Shown one piece after another: positions 9,354-19,710 of a stretch of DNA of 64,000 bases. Position numbers and translations under genes: made by a program. The DNA is from a virus. Where the stretch lies: the IMG/VR virus record IMGVR_UViG_3300027747_002638. The stretch is one strand, 5' to 3'. Each line of letters opens with the position of its first letter. Within the stretch, counting starts at the first letter, position 1. The notes under the pieces are model-generated. The model was not told the DNA's origin, ran no database searches, and saw only the letters and a list, made by a program, of their open reading frames with translations.

Positions 9354-11194
9354 TATACTCTCCAGATAAATATAAAAAAGATTATCCAGATATTAATACA
9401 GAATTAATGAATCTTAAAGGCGTTCTTAACGATAAAGATGCAAAAATATCTCTTGCTAAATTTTTAAGAGCCAATTTAGGCTTTACTACTGAGCTTATAA
9501 GTGGTATCAAATTAGCTCCGTATCAAGAAATTCATCTTAAAGGTTTATTAAATAGAAACTTTAGTATGTGCGTATTTGGTCGAGGTTGTGGCAAGAGTTT
9601 TATCGCGAGCGTGTTTTGTTTTCTTCAATGCGTTTTTGAACCTAATACTAAAATTCTAATCGCAGGACCAACTTTCAGAACAGCTAGATTCATATTTAAT
9701 AATCTAGAAAAAATTGTAAATAGCAAAGGCGCAGAACTTCTTCAACAAGCTTTTGGTTCAAAAAGTAAAAGAAATGATCAATACGAATGGTCAATTAATG
9801 GTGGAAGTATCGTAGCTATTCCTTTAAGCGGAGAAAAGATTCGAGGATTTCGTGCTAATGTACTAGTTCTTGATGAGTTTCTTCTATTGTCGGAGGATAT
9901 TGTTAAAACTGTATTAATGCCATTCTTGGTTGCTCCACAAAACATGAAAGAACGAATGGAGATTAGAGAAATGGAAGATACTTTAATCCGAGAGGGAGCA
10001 ATAAAAGAGGAAGACAGAATGGTTTTTGAAAATAATAGTAAAATGATAGCTCTTTCTTCTGCAAGTTATACATTTGAGAATCTTTATAAAACGTACAATG
10101 AATGGATAGAGAAAATTTATTCAAAAGAAAACACAGAAGCATCTTATTTTGTATCTCAATTAAGCTATGAAGCTTTACCATTAGAGATGATAGATAAAAC
10201 AATTATTGAAGAAGCTCAGAATGGAGGCTCAAGTCATAGTAGTTTTTTAAGAGAATACTGCGCAAGATTTATTGATGGTAGTGATAGTTATTTTAGCGCA
10301 AAAAAGATGGAAGAATGCACTATTCCAAACGGTCAGTCTCCTCATACTTTAATGAAAGGTGTTTCTGGAAAGAAATATATTCTTGGTATTGATCCTAATA
10401 TGAGCGATAGTCCTAATGCAGATTATTTTGCTATGGCTGTAATGGAGATTGATGAAGAAACTAAAACTGGTACATTAGTTCATACATACGCTGGATTAGG
10501 AAATTTAAAAAATCATGTTAACTACTTATATTATATCATGACGAATTTTAATATTGTATTTATGATTTTGGATAATGCTGGAGCAGATGTATTTCTTTCT
10601 GCTTGCAATCAATCTGAGTTATTCAAGAGTAATAATTTAAATATAAATAGTTTTGAATTTAATTCTGATTTAGAAGGACAAGATTATGATCAAGAAGTCC
10701 GTAAGATTAGAAATAGTTATAATCTAGAATCAAAGAAAATAGCTTTTAATCAAGTCTTTACAAGTAACTTTATTCGTAAAGCTAATGAGCACTTACAGGC
10801 TTCGATTGATTATAAGAAAATATGGTTTGCTAGTAAAACTTGTGCTAATGATAGCTTCTTTGAATCTCAATTTAGCCAGAATATACCAATAGATCTAATG
10901 AAAACAGAAGAAAAAAAGGATTGGTCTACTCTTGATTTTATTGAAAATCAAGATGATTTTATATATCAAACTAAAAAACAATGTACTCTTGTAGAGCATT
11001 CATCTACAGCCAGAGGAACCCAATCATTTGACTTGCCTCAACATTTAAAAAGAAGTTCTTCTGCGAATAAAGCAAGAAAAGATAATTATTCTGCACTTTT
11101 ATTAGTAAATTGGGGTTTAAAGTGCTATTATGATATAATGAACGCTCCAACCGAGGATATATCAAGCACTTTTATGCCTATAATGATTAATTAA
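9350..11194 (+). CDS. terL: Terminase large subunit
   Basis: Walker A GRGCGKS, Walker B VLVLDE after IRGFRAN, FLREYCARF, nuclease ILGIDP and C-terminal KDNYSA. Confidence 0.9.
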   Translation: MIYSPDKYKKDYPDINTELMNLKGVLNDKDAKISLAKFLRANLGFTTELISGIKLAPYQEIHLKGLLNRNFSMCVFGRGCGKSFIASVFCFLQCVFEPNTKILIAGPTFRTARFIFNNLEKIVNSKGAELLQQAFGSKSKRNDQYEWSINGGSIVAIPLSGEKIRGFRANVLVLDEFLLLSEDIVKTVLMPFLVAPQNMKERMEIREMEDTLIREGAIKEEDRMVFENNSKMIALSSASYTFENLYKTYNEWIEKIYSKENTEASYFVSQLSYEALPLEMIDKTIIEEAQNGGSSHSSFLREYCARFIDGSDSYFSAKKMEECTIPNGQSPHTLMKGVSGKKYILGIDPNMSDSPNADYFAMAVMEIDEETKTGTLVHTYAGLGNLKNHVNYLYYIMTNFNIVFMILDNAGADVFLSACNQSELFKSNNLNINSFEFNSDLEGQDYDQEVRKIRNSYNLESKKIAFNQVFTSNFIRKANEHLQASIDYKKIWFASKTCANDSFFESQFSQNIPIDLMKTEEKKDWSTLDFIENQDDFIYQTKKQCTLVEHSSTARGTQSFDLPQHLKRSSSANKARKDNYSALLLVNWGLKCYYDIMNAPTEDISSTFMPIMIN

Positions 11195-11212
11195 GTGTAA
11201 TATTTAAGTAAA

Positions 11213-13111
11213 ATGAAGAAAAATACCAAAAAAATACAAGAAATTAAAGCATCTACAGAAGAGCAAATATCACCATTAATGGTTTATGGTTCAGAAAGAA
11301 AATTAACAGCTTCAGAAGCAAGAGGAAGTTCACCAGTTAGAAGAAATGCTGCTAGTACGATTGAAAGAACTAATAGATTTACAAATATTGATACTGGAAT
11401 TATTCCATTTAGATATTCTAATTATATTAATAATTTATCTACCCTAGATGTAAGAGATGCTGTTATACTTTGTCAAAAAGCTTATTATAATGTTGCAATT
11501 TTCAGAAACACAATAGATTTAATGACAGAATTCTCTGCTAGTTCTATTTATTTAACTGGTGGAAGTCAAAAATCAAGAGAATTTTTCGATGCTTATTTTA
11601 AAAAAATTAATTTAACAAGTTTTCAAGATCAATTTTTTAGAGAATACTATAGAAGTGGCAATGTATTTACTTACAGATTTGATACTTCTTTGGATTCTGA
11701 GCAAGTATTAAAAATCACTCAAGTATTTGGTTCAAAAGCTTTAGCTAAAGACGGATCAATTAAAATTCCTGTAAGATATACTATAATTAATCCAGCAGAT
11801 GTTTATGTTGCTGGTGGAGTAAATTATTCTTATAATATATATTATAAACTATTAAGTAGTTACGAATTAGAAAAACTTAGAGATCCAAAAACTGACGAAG
11901 ATATAGAAGTTTACGAAGGACTACCAGCCGATATAAAAGAAAAGATAAAAAATAAAGGTAACTCTTATATTTTAGTTCCATTAGATCCTAAAAAGATGGC
12001 TGCAGTTTTTTATAAAAAACAAGATTACGAACCACTCTCAATTCCAATGGGTTTTCCAGTATTAGATGATATTAACTGGAAATTAGAAATGAAAAAAATG
12101 GATATGGCAGTTACAAGAACAACTCAACAGGCTATTCTTTTAGTTACTATGGGTAACGAGCCTGATAAAGGTGGAATCAATCAGAAAAATTTACAATCCA
12201 TGCAGCAATTATTTGAAAATCAAAGTGTTGGTAGAGTATTAATCGCAGATTATACAACCAAAGCTCAATTCGTAATTCCTGATATCGGAAGTTTAATCGG
12301 ACCAGAGAAATATGAAGTAGTTGATAGAGATATTCAAATTGGATTAAATAATATTCTTATTGGCAGTGAAAAATTTGCTAATACAAGTATTAAAGTGCAA
12401 GTGTTTATGGAAAGACTAAAGCAAGCAAGAGAAGTTTTCTTAAATGAATTTTTAATACCAGAAATAAGAAGAATTAGTAAAGATTTAGGATTTAAGAATT
12501 TTCCAGTTCCAGTATTTGAAGATATTAGTCTTAAAGATGATGTACAATATTCTAGAATATACAACAGATTGGTTGAGCTCGGCGTATTAACTGCTGACGA
12601 AGGAATTCAAGCTATAGAAACTGGAAGATTGCCTACTCCAGAAGAATCTGCACAATCTCAACAAAAATTTAGAGAATTAAAAGATCAAGGATTTTATCAA
12701 CCACTTATTGGTGGTGGTGCTCAAGCTGGAAGACCTATGGGTTCAACTGGTACTCCTCAGTCTACAAAAAATGTAAAACCAATTGGTAGTTCAAAAGCCT
12801 TTTCTGTTCTTAAGATAAGAGAAAATATTTTAGCTGTTCAAGATCTTGAAGAAGAAGTCAAAGGTTCTTTAAGAAAAAAATTTGAAATCAAGAAATTAAG
12901 TAATGCACAAAAAGACATGGCAGAAAAAATTACAGAATTAATTATAGCAAATGAAGATTCTAGTCAGTGGAAAGCAAAAATACAAGATTATATTGAAAAA
13001 CCATTTGATCAAAATTTAAATCAAGTAAATGAAATTCAATCAATTGCTTCCGAGCATCAAGTCGATAGTTATTTAGCTAGTTTATTGTATCACAGCAAAA
13101 AATCTGAATAA
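11213..13111 (+). CDS. Portal protein
   Basis: 632 aa directly after TerL; AYYNVAIFRNTIDLM...FFREYYRSGNVF pattern typical of portals. Confidence 0.75.
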   Translation: MKKNTKKIQEIKASTEEQISPLMVYGSERKLTASEARGSSPVRRNAASTIERTNRFTNIDTGIIPFRYSNYINNLSTLDVRDAVILCQKAYYNVAIFRNTIDLMTEFSASSIYLTGGSQKSREFFDAYFKKINLTSFQDQFFREYYRSGNVFTYRFDTSLDSEQVLKITQVFGSKALAKDGSIKIPVRYTIINPADVYVAGGVNYSYNIYYKLLSSYELEKLRDPKTDEDIEVYEGLPADIKEKIKNKGNSYILVPLDPKKMAAVFYKKQDYEPLSIPMGFPVLDDINWKLEMKKMDMAVTRTTQQAILLVTMGNEPDKGGINQKNLQSMQQLFENQSVGRVLIADYTTKAQFVIPDIGSLIGPEKYEVVDRDIQIGLNNILIGSEKFANTSIKVQVFMERLKQAREVFLNEFLIPEIRRISKDLGFKNFPVPVFEDISLKDDVQYSRIYNRLVELGVLTADEGIQAIETGRLPTPEESAQSQQKFRELKDQGFYQPLIGGGAQAGRPMGSTGTPQSTKNVKPIGSSKAFSVLKIRENILAVQDLEEEVKGSLRKKFEIKKLSNAQKDMAEKITELIIANEDSSQWKAKIQDYIEKPFDQNLNQVNEIQSIASEHQVDSYLASLLYHSKKSE

Positions 13112-13130
13112 TATAATTTAATTAGTTGGA

Positions 13131-13850
13131 CTAATCAAGCTCTTCAAATTTTTCTATGATATAAGCTAATATATCATTTCTCATAATATCTTCGCGCCCA
13201 AATTTAAATGTGCATATACCCTTATCTTTACTTTTCTTGTCATCAAAAAGATTATATATCCTGTCAAACCCGCTATTCTTGATATCTGATTGACGAATAT
13301 CTCCAATTAAAATTAATTTACTAAACTTGCCCATTCTTGTAGTTATTAATAATAGATCATGTATGCTTAAATTTTGAGCTTCATCGCATATAATGTAACT
13401 AGCATTAATACTAAGTCCTCTTAAAAAGCCTACTGGTAATCCTTTTACTCTTTCTTGTTTTAATAGCATTTCTACTTGATTTTTTGGTAATAATTCATGA
13501 AGCTTGTCCATAAGTGGTTGAAGATAAGGATCTAATTTACTATGAAGATCACCTTTGAGGAATCCTAGATTATGAGTTGAACTTTCTACTGGATTACGTA
13601 CATAAAATATTTCACCAATTTTTTTCTGATTTATAGCATTTAGAGCTGCGTATACGCTAAGTAAACTTTTAGCTGTTCCTGCTGGGCCTTTGCAAAATAC
13701 CATTTTAGTATTCTTATCTTGAAGTAATTGAATAAATTTCTTTTGATTTTCGGTCCATTGTAATTCGCGAATATTTAGGAAACCTTCAATTTTATCTCTT
13801 TGAGGAACAGGAACCGACTTGTCTTCTTTTTGTTTATGCTTTTTAGACAT
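13131..13850 (-). CDS. phoH: PhoH-family ATPase
   Basis: GPAGTAKS, LGFLKG, FLRGLS, DEAQN, GDIRQSD motifs. Confidence 0.92.
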   Translation of the reverse strand: MSKKHKQKEDKSVPVPQRDKIEGFLNIRELQWTENQKKFIQLLQDKNTKMVFCKGPAGTAKSLLSVYAALNAINQKKIGEIFYVRNPVESSTHNLGFLKGDLHSKLDPYLQPLMDKLHELLPKNQVEMLLKQERVKGLPVGFLRGLSINASYIICDEAQNLSIHDLLLITTRMGKFSKLILIGDIRQSDIKNSGFDRIYNLFDDKKSKDKGICTFKFGREDIMRNDILAYIIEKFEELD

Positions 13851-13918
13851 TGAACTTACTACAAATAATTACACCCCAATTGTATTAATTTTTAAATTAA
13901 TTTTAATAAAGTTTAAAC

Positions 13919-14203
13919 TTAATTAATTAAAGAATAACCTTCTTTAAATTTTAAATCTAAAGAAAATGAATTAACAGCTTGGCCTTCGTCAAATCTTTTA
14001 ATAAAGTTTGCTCCAATTTTCGGCATAACTGCAGTATATTCTTTATTTTTAATTTTCATGTTAACATGAGAAGGTAGTACTGAAATGCTAGTAACTTTAC
14101 CTTTCATATTTTTTTTGATTGCTCTGGCGATTGCACAGTTTTGAGGATTAGATTTTTCTCCTTCAAAAATGTTTCTTTCTGTTATGTTTATTGTTTTATT
14201 CAC
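13919..14203 (-). CDS. Hypothetical protein
   Basis: 94 aa ORF with CAIARA motif, coupled to the upstream gene. Confidence 0.6.
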   Translation of the reverse strand: MNKTINITERNIFEGEKSNPQNCAIARAIKKNMKGKVTSISVLPSHVNMKIKNKEYTAVMPKIGANFIKRFDEGQAVNSFSLDLKFKEGYSLIN

Positions 14204-14840
14204 TTTTTATTTCCTTTATGTTGTAGTTATAATTATTACTGTCTTCAGTAATCCATTTTGGACTATTTTCAGCAGTATAAATATGACTATTTATTTTTCT
14301 TTCCAAAACCAATTCGTTTGGTTTTGTAGCGAAACTTGGATCAAAGACTTTAATTCTGTTATTTGGTTGAATAGCAAAATTACCATTATCAAGTTTAATA
14401 ATATGACCAGCTTTGTGTTGATCTGGTTTTTGACTAAATCCAAAATTTAATTCGTTGTAATCGCTATGAGCCCAATCAAGAGTAAATAAATAAGTTCCCA
14501 TATATTCGTTGCCAGTTCTTCCTGTATATTTAAGTACTTTATTTTCTAGTAAATAAAAAGTTGTTACGGCTATATGGTAACTAAAACTATCCCAAAGCTC
14601 TAACTCTGTTAATTCCATAGTTGGAGCATTTTCTTTATGACAAAATGCACTAATAGGAGCATGCCACCAAATTCCACCATCTTCCATAAGAAAATTAAAA
14701 AGCGGAGCTTGGCTAGGAAGACTTGTAACACCAAAAATTAAACATTTATATTTTTTATCAAAACTATCTTCTTGATTTCTCATATAGTTTCCACGAACAT
14801 AACATTCTATCGGAGGAATATTTGCGTTCAAAAAAGACAT
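14196..14840 (-). CDS. Conserved hypothetical phage protein
   Basis: MSFLNANIPP...LELWDSFSY...GNFAIQPNNR; GTGTAA upstream. Confidence 0.7.
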   Translation of the reverse strand: MSFLNANIPPIECYVRGNYMRNQEDSFDKKYKCLIFGVTSLPSQAPLFNFLMEDGGIWWHAPISAFCHKENAPTMELTELELWDSFSYHIAVTTFYLLENKVLKYTGRTGNEYMGTYLFTLDWAHSDYNELNFGFSQKPDQHKAGHIIKLDNGNFAIQPNNRIKVFDPSFATKPNELVLERKINSHIYTAENSPKWITEDSNNYNYNIKEIKSE

Positions 14841-14849
14841 TTAATATTA

Positions 14850-15779
14850 TTACACTAATAGTCCTGTTATATTTAAAGCTATATTTTCTGTTCTTTCTAT
14901 AATAGATAAGTTATTAAGTAATATTCTTTCGCCAGTTATATATGCTCCACCTGGAATATATGTTGAACCAATATAAAATCCATCGCTTAAATTTAATCTA
15001 TTCGTACCTTTACCAATAAATACTCCATATCCTTGTAAACTGATATCATTATCTGAAATTAAAGATATAGAATTTCCGTCTTTGGCTGTTTCTAATGTTA
15101 TATCTTGATTTAAAATTAAAGATGCTGTACTGTATATGCCTGACTGATTGTAATTGTCACCTTGAACTCCTGCGTTTACTCCAGCCAATTTTATTCCATT
15201 TGATCCTAATGTTATATATGAGATAGAATCTGTTCTCTCTGCGCTGTAACCATCAGTTTTCAACCAATTATTAGTTTGTATCTTTATTGATGTTCCTGTA
15301 TATGGATAATAATTTTTTGCGCTAGGAATATTTTCATATTGAGGACCAGCTAGATATGATCCTATAACTAAATTAGGATAAGTATCAATTTTATTATAAA
15401 CTCCATAGTATCCAGTTGGAGTTGGTGGGCTAAATTTATTTTTTAAATATATTCCGTTTGCAAAATCTATAGTTAATGCGTTAGATTGATCCGCATAATG
15501 ATTTCTATTATCTCCATCAGCGATTAATGATGCACCATTTTGATTTTTAATAACACCATTTTGTCCTGCAATTATTGTGGATGAAATACTATTTATGATT
15601 TGATTATTGTATCCTCCAACTACAGTAGAATAACTTCCAGATACTGTATTATTTTCTCCTCCACCAATTGTTTGTGCTTGTCCTGCTCTTGAAGCTGTAT
15701 TTGAATTATTCTCTCGGAAACTACTTAAAGTTCCATCTGCATTATAAACTCCATATAAATTTTCGTTATTTGTTATCAT
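14850..15779 (-). CDS. Tail-fibre-like protein
   Basis: GGGENN/GGYNN beta-roll-type repeats. Confidence 0.55.
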   Translation of the reverse strand: MITNNENLYGVYNADGTLSSFRENNSNTASRAGQAQTIGGGENNTVSGSYSTVVGGYNNQIINSISSTIIAGQNGVIKNQNGASLIADGDNRNHYADQSNALTIDFANGIYLKNKFSPPTPTGYYGVYNKIDTYPNLVIGSYLAGPQYENIPSAKNYYPYTGTSIKIQTNNWLKTDGYSAERTDSISYITLGSNGIKLAGVNAGVQGDNYNQSGIYSTASLILNQDITLETAKDGNSISLISDNDISLQGYGVFIGKGTNRLNLSDGFYIGSTYIPGGAYITGERILLNNLSIIERTENIALNITGLLV

Positions 15780-15782
15780 ATA

Positions 15783-16817
15783 TTATGCAAATGGATATTT
15801 TCTAAAAGTGCCTCCATTATATAGAGCGGTAATTTCTGTTTGATTTAAAACGTATTCATACCAAAATCCTAAATTTCTAACAATTGCTTTATTATTTTCT
15901 GTTAAAGTATTAGGTTGAGCACCGTTTATATTTCCAAGAGGAGTTCCTCCAATTCCAAAACCTTGTGCTTGAGGAATTGTATTAAATGAAAATCCACCAT
16001 TATATAAAGATACTGTAGTATAATGATAATTTGCACTTCCTTGTAAAACTCCATTAACGTAAAATTTAGCAAGAGAATCATTTCTTGGATCAAACGTAGC
16101 TACAACTTGATAATAGCTACTATTATTAAATTGTGAAATAGATGGAATTTTATGCCATTGTCCAGTGACTGGATTACCACCACCAGCACTCTTTGGCATA
16201 TTAAAGACTAAATAATTTCCACTAAATTCGAAATGAAAATTAAGTTGACCATATTTTGAACCTAATAAAAATCCACTAGAATTAACTCTTTTTGTTTCGA
16301 AACTTGTAGAAAATCTATTAGGATAAAGACCTTCTGGTTGTCCATAGTACATCATGGCTTTTGACCAACCAGGAACAGCTAATGTTCTATAACAAAATAA
16401 TCCATTATTATTTGTTCCGCTAGTGTTTACTCCACTTGAGTTAAATGTAACATTTCCATTGCTACTAAAATAATCATTTCCAAATACTGGATCTGAATTT
16501 AATGTAAAATACCACCAATTATTTGGATTTGTAATACCAATTGGAGATACTGTAGAATCTACTGTCCATCCAGCTAATCTTGCTCTTGACCAATTATTAT
16601 CTGCGTAACAATAATAAACATAATTTTTATCAAATGTAATTGTTCCTTTTTGTCCTAATGAATCTGGTAAATTTGGAGGATTTACTAATGAAATATTTGC
16701 ATTTAAATTAGGATCTAGACTGAGTTGATAACCAGAAATAACAAATTGATTTGTATCATTATTTACATATAATTGTTTTCCAGAATTTAGATAATATATT
16801 GTATTTAATGTTGCCAT
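15783..16817 (-). CDS. Tail-fibre/receptor-binding-like protein with LamG-like C-terminus
   Basis: GxKGxITFDxNYVYYC...W.R motif; YYQVVATFD...KFYVNGVLQG...LNQTEITALYN. Confidence 0.6.
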   Translation of the reverse strand: MATLNTIYYLNSGKQLYVNNDTNQFVISGYQLSLDPNLNANISLVNPPNLPDSLGQKGTITFDKNYVYYCYADNNWSRARLAGWTVDSTVSPIGITNPNNWWYFTLNSDPVFGNDYFSSNGNVTFNSSGVNTSGTNNNGLFCYRTLAVPGWSKAMMYYGQPEGLYPNRFSTSFETKRVNSSGFLLGSKYGQLNFHFEFSGNYLVFNMPKSAGGGNPVTGQWHKIPSISQFNNSSYYQVVATFDPRNDSLAKFYVNGVLQGSANYHYTTVSLYNGGFSFNTIPQAQGFGIGGTPLGNINGAQPNTLTENNKAIVRNLGFWYEYVLNQTEITALYNGGTFRKYPFA

Positions 16818-16818
16818 A

Positions 16819-17256
16819 TTATGAAATTCCTGCTGTAGATTCCAAACATACCCATCCAGTATAATTATTATTAATTACACCAACCAAAGCAATTGAAGCT
16901 GGGGCAGGAAGTGCTAGAGTAGAATCTGAATTATCAAAAATTTGATTAGTATTGTATCCAGTAATAATTAATGGATTTGTAGATTTTAAATTTTTTATAA
17001 TAATTGTTTTTTTATCAGTTATATCTGGTAAGGACGCTGTATAAGAACCATTTGTTCCAGTGCAATAAAATATATTTATATAATTCGTTACATTAAAATT
17101 TGTGTCTGAATAGAAATTGTAATTAGATTGAATATTATCACCTAAGATTAAATTAGCGCCTTGATCATTTCCAGTTATACGAGGATACCTTAAATCTAAT
17201 TGACCAGTATTAGTCAGTTGCTGTGTAAAAATTTGTAATCCATTAAATGTACGCAT
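16819..17256 (-). CDS. Tail-fibre-associated protein (MRTFNGLQIF paralog)
   Basis: N-terminus nearly identical to 19340-19627. Confidence 0.65.
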   Translation of the reverse strand: MRTFNGLQIFTQQLTNTGQLDLRYPRITGNDQGANLILGDNIQSNYNFYSDTNFNVTNYINIFYCTGTNGSYTASLPDITDKKTIIIKNLKSTNPLIITGYNTNQIFDNSDSTLALPAPASIALVGVINNNYTGWVCLESTAGIS

Positions 17257-17265
17257 ACCATATAT

Positions 17266-17436
17266 TTACACCAATACACCAGTTATATTTAACGAAAAAT
17301 TAGAATTGCTTGGGTTAATGTAAATTCCGCTTTCAAAAACGGCTATTTTTTTATTATCAAAATTTAAGTTAGATTCTTCAACTTTTATAAGTTTACCATC
17401 CAAGTTTATGTATTTTAAATCTATTTTAGTGTTCAT
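17266..17436 (-). CDS. Small protein/remnant sharing its C-terminus with 14850-15779
   Basis: MNTKIDLK...SLNITGVLV versus ALNITGLLV; start re-assigned to ATG 17436. Confidence 0.45.
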   Translation of the reverse strand: MNTKIDLKYINLDGKLIKVEESNLNFDNKKIAVFESGIYINPSNSNFSLNITGVLV

Positions 17437-17449
17437 AATTTTATAGTCC

Positions 17450-17600
17450 CTCTGGTAACGTGACCCCCTCTTTGTGTTCGCACACATCCAGAGTAATCAC
17501 ATGAAAAAAATGCGGTTTACTTTTTACGATAAACCCCAATATTCTCTTGACTTTCTTAAGGCCACCCGAGAGCGACCAACAAGTTGTCACGTTACTAGAG
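17450..17600. repeat. 151-bp intergenic element bounded by 15-bp inverted repeats (candidate ncRNA or MITE-like)
   Basis: ctctggtaacgtgac (17450-17464) / gtcacgttactagag (17586-17600), one mismatch that is G-U on the + strand. Confidence 0.6.
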
Positions 17601-17613
17601 CTGTATAATTGAT

Positions 17614-19338
17614 TTACCATTTTATTACACTTTGATTTGTTGGACTATTGAAATCTGGTCTAGATTTATATATGAATAATTCATTTTGTTCAAAACTATA
17701 ATCTTTTCCAGATAATACATAAAATGGATTTGAATCATATGCGCCGTTATCTCTTTCGTCATAAAATTCTATATTCTTACTATATCCACTATAAATTTTT
17801 TCTAATACTGGATAGAAATTTCTAATTACTAATTGCTCTTGAACGGTCCTAGTATCATTTTCATAGTTAAATTTCATATTAACTTTTTTACCTTGATGAA
17901 GGTTTGGAGATAATGGTCTTTTAAAATTAACTTTTTCTTTGATTATTAATTCGTTTGGCATTGTAGTAGAGTATGTATATGGAAAAACATCTAATCCTTG
18001 ATTATCAAATATAATATATGGATAGTATAATTTTATATTTGGATTAACTCCATTCGCAATTGGAGACCAATTATAACTATTTATTGTAAATTTAGAATAT
18101 TGATTAATTTTTGAAATTGGTAATGATGAAATTGAATTTTTACTAGTAATATATGCTCCAGTGGGTTTATTTGTGGTAGTATTAAAACCATTCCATGAGC
18201 TATTATTAGAATACAATAAGCCTATGGAAGAGTAATAAGGATATATAGAAGCATCTGTGCAACCTTGACTGACTCTTATAGAAGAATTGTCAGTCACTCC
18301 TGTCCAGTTAAAATAATTATATGCATAATAAGGATTTATGTCTTGACGTTTTGGATTTGCATAAATTTTATGAGTATATGCATATGATGTTACTGATGTT
18401 GTTTTGTATATACTATTAAAATTAATTGAATCTGGAGATATTGTATAACTAACTCCTGTATTTTTTGGTTGAGCTAAAACCCATCTATTGGTATTTCCAC
18501 TATTATATATTCTATAATTATTTTCATTAATATAATTATTGCTACTTTTATATACATACATTCCATTTGCTTCTGAATAGGAAGATCCGCTTACTATTAA
18601 TACATCTCCACTAGCAATTTGTTGAAATTGTCCTGCAAAAGATAAATTTTTTGTACTATTTCCATAATTTATATTTGCTCCACTTTTTATATTAAGTTTA
18701 ATAAATGTTTCTAAGTGGTGATTTTTTGGTTGTACAGTTATTGGTACACCACTCCATAAATTATATTCAGTATGGCCATTGCCAATGACTGGATGAAATC
18801 TTACTGACTGCAATGCTAAATTTTTGTATCTACTTTGAGGATTAAATACTACAAAATTATTATTTCCAGAAACTCCAGTGAAAAGATTTGATGGCGTTTT
18901 TTCGTAACTGTTTGGTCTATTTCCATCATTTTCAATAACCATATAAGGTTTTGCTCTCAGAGATGATATGTATCTTGCATTATTTGAATCTGTATTTAAT
19001 CCAGACTCCAAAAGACTACTTTTTGGTTCGATAGTGAAATAAACAAAATTTCCAGGTTCTAGCCCAGAAGGAATACCTTGTAAACCGGTATTTTCATTTA
19101 TATATCTTCTAAAAGAATTTCCTTCTAAACCAATACTTAACCATTTTTGTTTTCTATATTTATTTTTATCTGTAGAACCTGCTGGTACTGGTGGAAAAAA
19201 ACCAGTATAAACATTATCAATAAAAAATTGTTGACCGCTAGATATTGTAATTCCTTGATTAGCATTAATATAACTAAAGCCTACATTAGGAATTGATTGG
19301 AGACTTAAAACTTGATTGTATATATTATTTGTTGGCAT
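17614..19338 (-). CDS. N/S/Y-rich virion (tail-associated) protein
   Basis: 574 aa, beta-rich, among tail-fibre-like genes. Confidence 0.55.
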   Translation of the reverse strand: MPTNNIYNQVLSLQSIPNVGFSYINANQGITISSGQQFFIDNVYTGFFPPVPAGSTDKNKYRKQKWLSIGLEGNSFRRYINENTGLQGIPSGLEPGNFVYFTIEPKSSLLESGLNTDSNNARYISSLRAKPYMVIENDGNRPNSYEKTPSNLFTGVSGNNNFVVFNPQSRYKNLALQSVRFHPVIGNGHTEYNLWSGVPITVQPKNHHLETFIKLNIKSGANINYGNSTKNLSFAGQFQQIASGDVLIVSGSSYSEANGMYVYKSSNNYINENNYRIYNSGNTNRWVLAQPKNTGVSYTISPDSINFNSIYKTTSVTSYAYTHKIYANPKRQDINPYYAYNYFNWTGVTDNSSIRVSQGCTDASIYPYYSSIGLLYSNNSSWNGFNTTTNKPTGAYITSKNSISSLPISKINQYSKFTINSYNWSPIANGVNPNIKLYYPYIIFDNQGLDVFPYTYSTTMPNELIIKEKVNFKRPLSPNLHQGKKVNMKFNYENDTRTVQEQLVIRNFYPVLEKIYSGYSKNIEFYDERDNGAYDSNPFYVLSGKDYSFEQNELFIYKSRPDFNSPTNQSVIKW

Positions 19339-19339
19339 A

Positions 19340-19627
19340 TTAATTTAAAACCCAATTTGTTGCAATTGAAGTTGCTCTCCAATCTCCATTCATTCCATTT
19401 CCACTAACACAAATAAAAATATAATCTCTATTAAAAGCTATTTGTCCACTATATCCTGGAGAATTAGGCGTAGAAGGTACATAATTTGGATTAAAAATTA
19501 AATTATTTTTTAGAGTTTTTTGTCCAGTTATAGTTTGATCTGTATTTAAAGTTACATATCGAGAATCTAATTGACCAGAATTAGTCAGTTGCTGTGTAAA
19601 AATTTGTAATCCATTAAATGTACGCAT
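19340..19627 (-). CDS. Tail-fibre-associated protein (MRTFNGLQIF paralog)
   Basis: DQTITGQKT and PSTPNSPGYSGQIAF motifs. Confidence 0.65.
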   Translation of the reverse strand: MRTFNGLQIFTQQLTNSGQLDSRYVTLNTDQTITGQKTLKNNLIFNPNYVPSTPNSPGYSGQIAFNRDYIFICVSGNGMNGDWRATSIATNWVLN

Positions 19628-19641
19628 TTTAAATGATTACA

Positions 19642-19695
19642 CTAATGATCCTTCAACTGATCAGTAAAAATTTGAAGTCCATTGAATGTGCGCAT
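19642..19695 (-). pseudogene. Truncated third MRTFNGLQIF copy (17 aa)
   Basis: Manual translation MRTFNGLQIFTDQLKDH*, with its own GTGTAA upstream. Confidence 0.6.
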
Positions 19696-19710
19696 ATAAT
19701 TAATTACACC

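Noticed and set aside
16819-19695. Diversity-generating retroelement TR/VR pair
   Set aside because: The duplicated segments are N-terminal, the differences are not adenine-specific, and there is no reverse transcriptase in the window.
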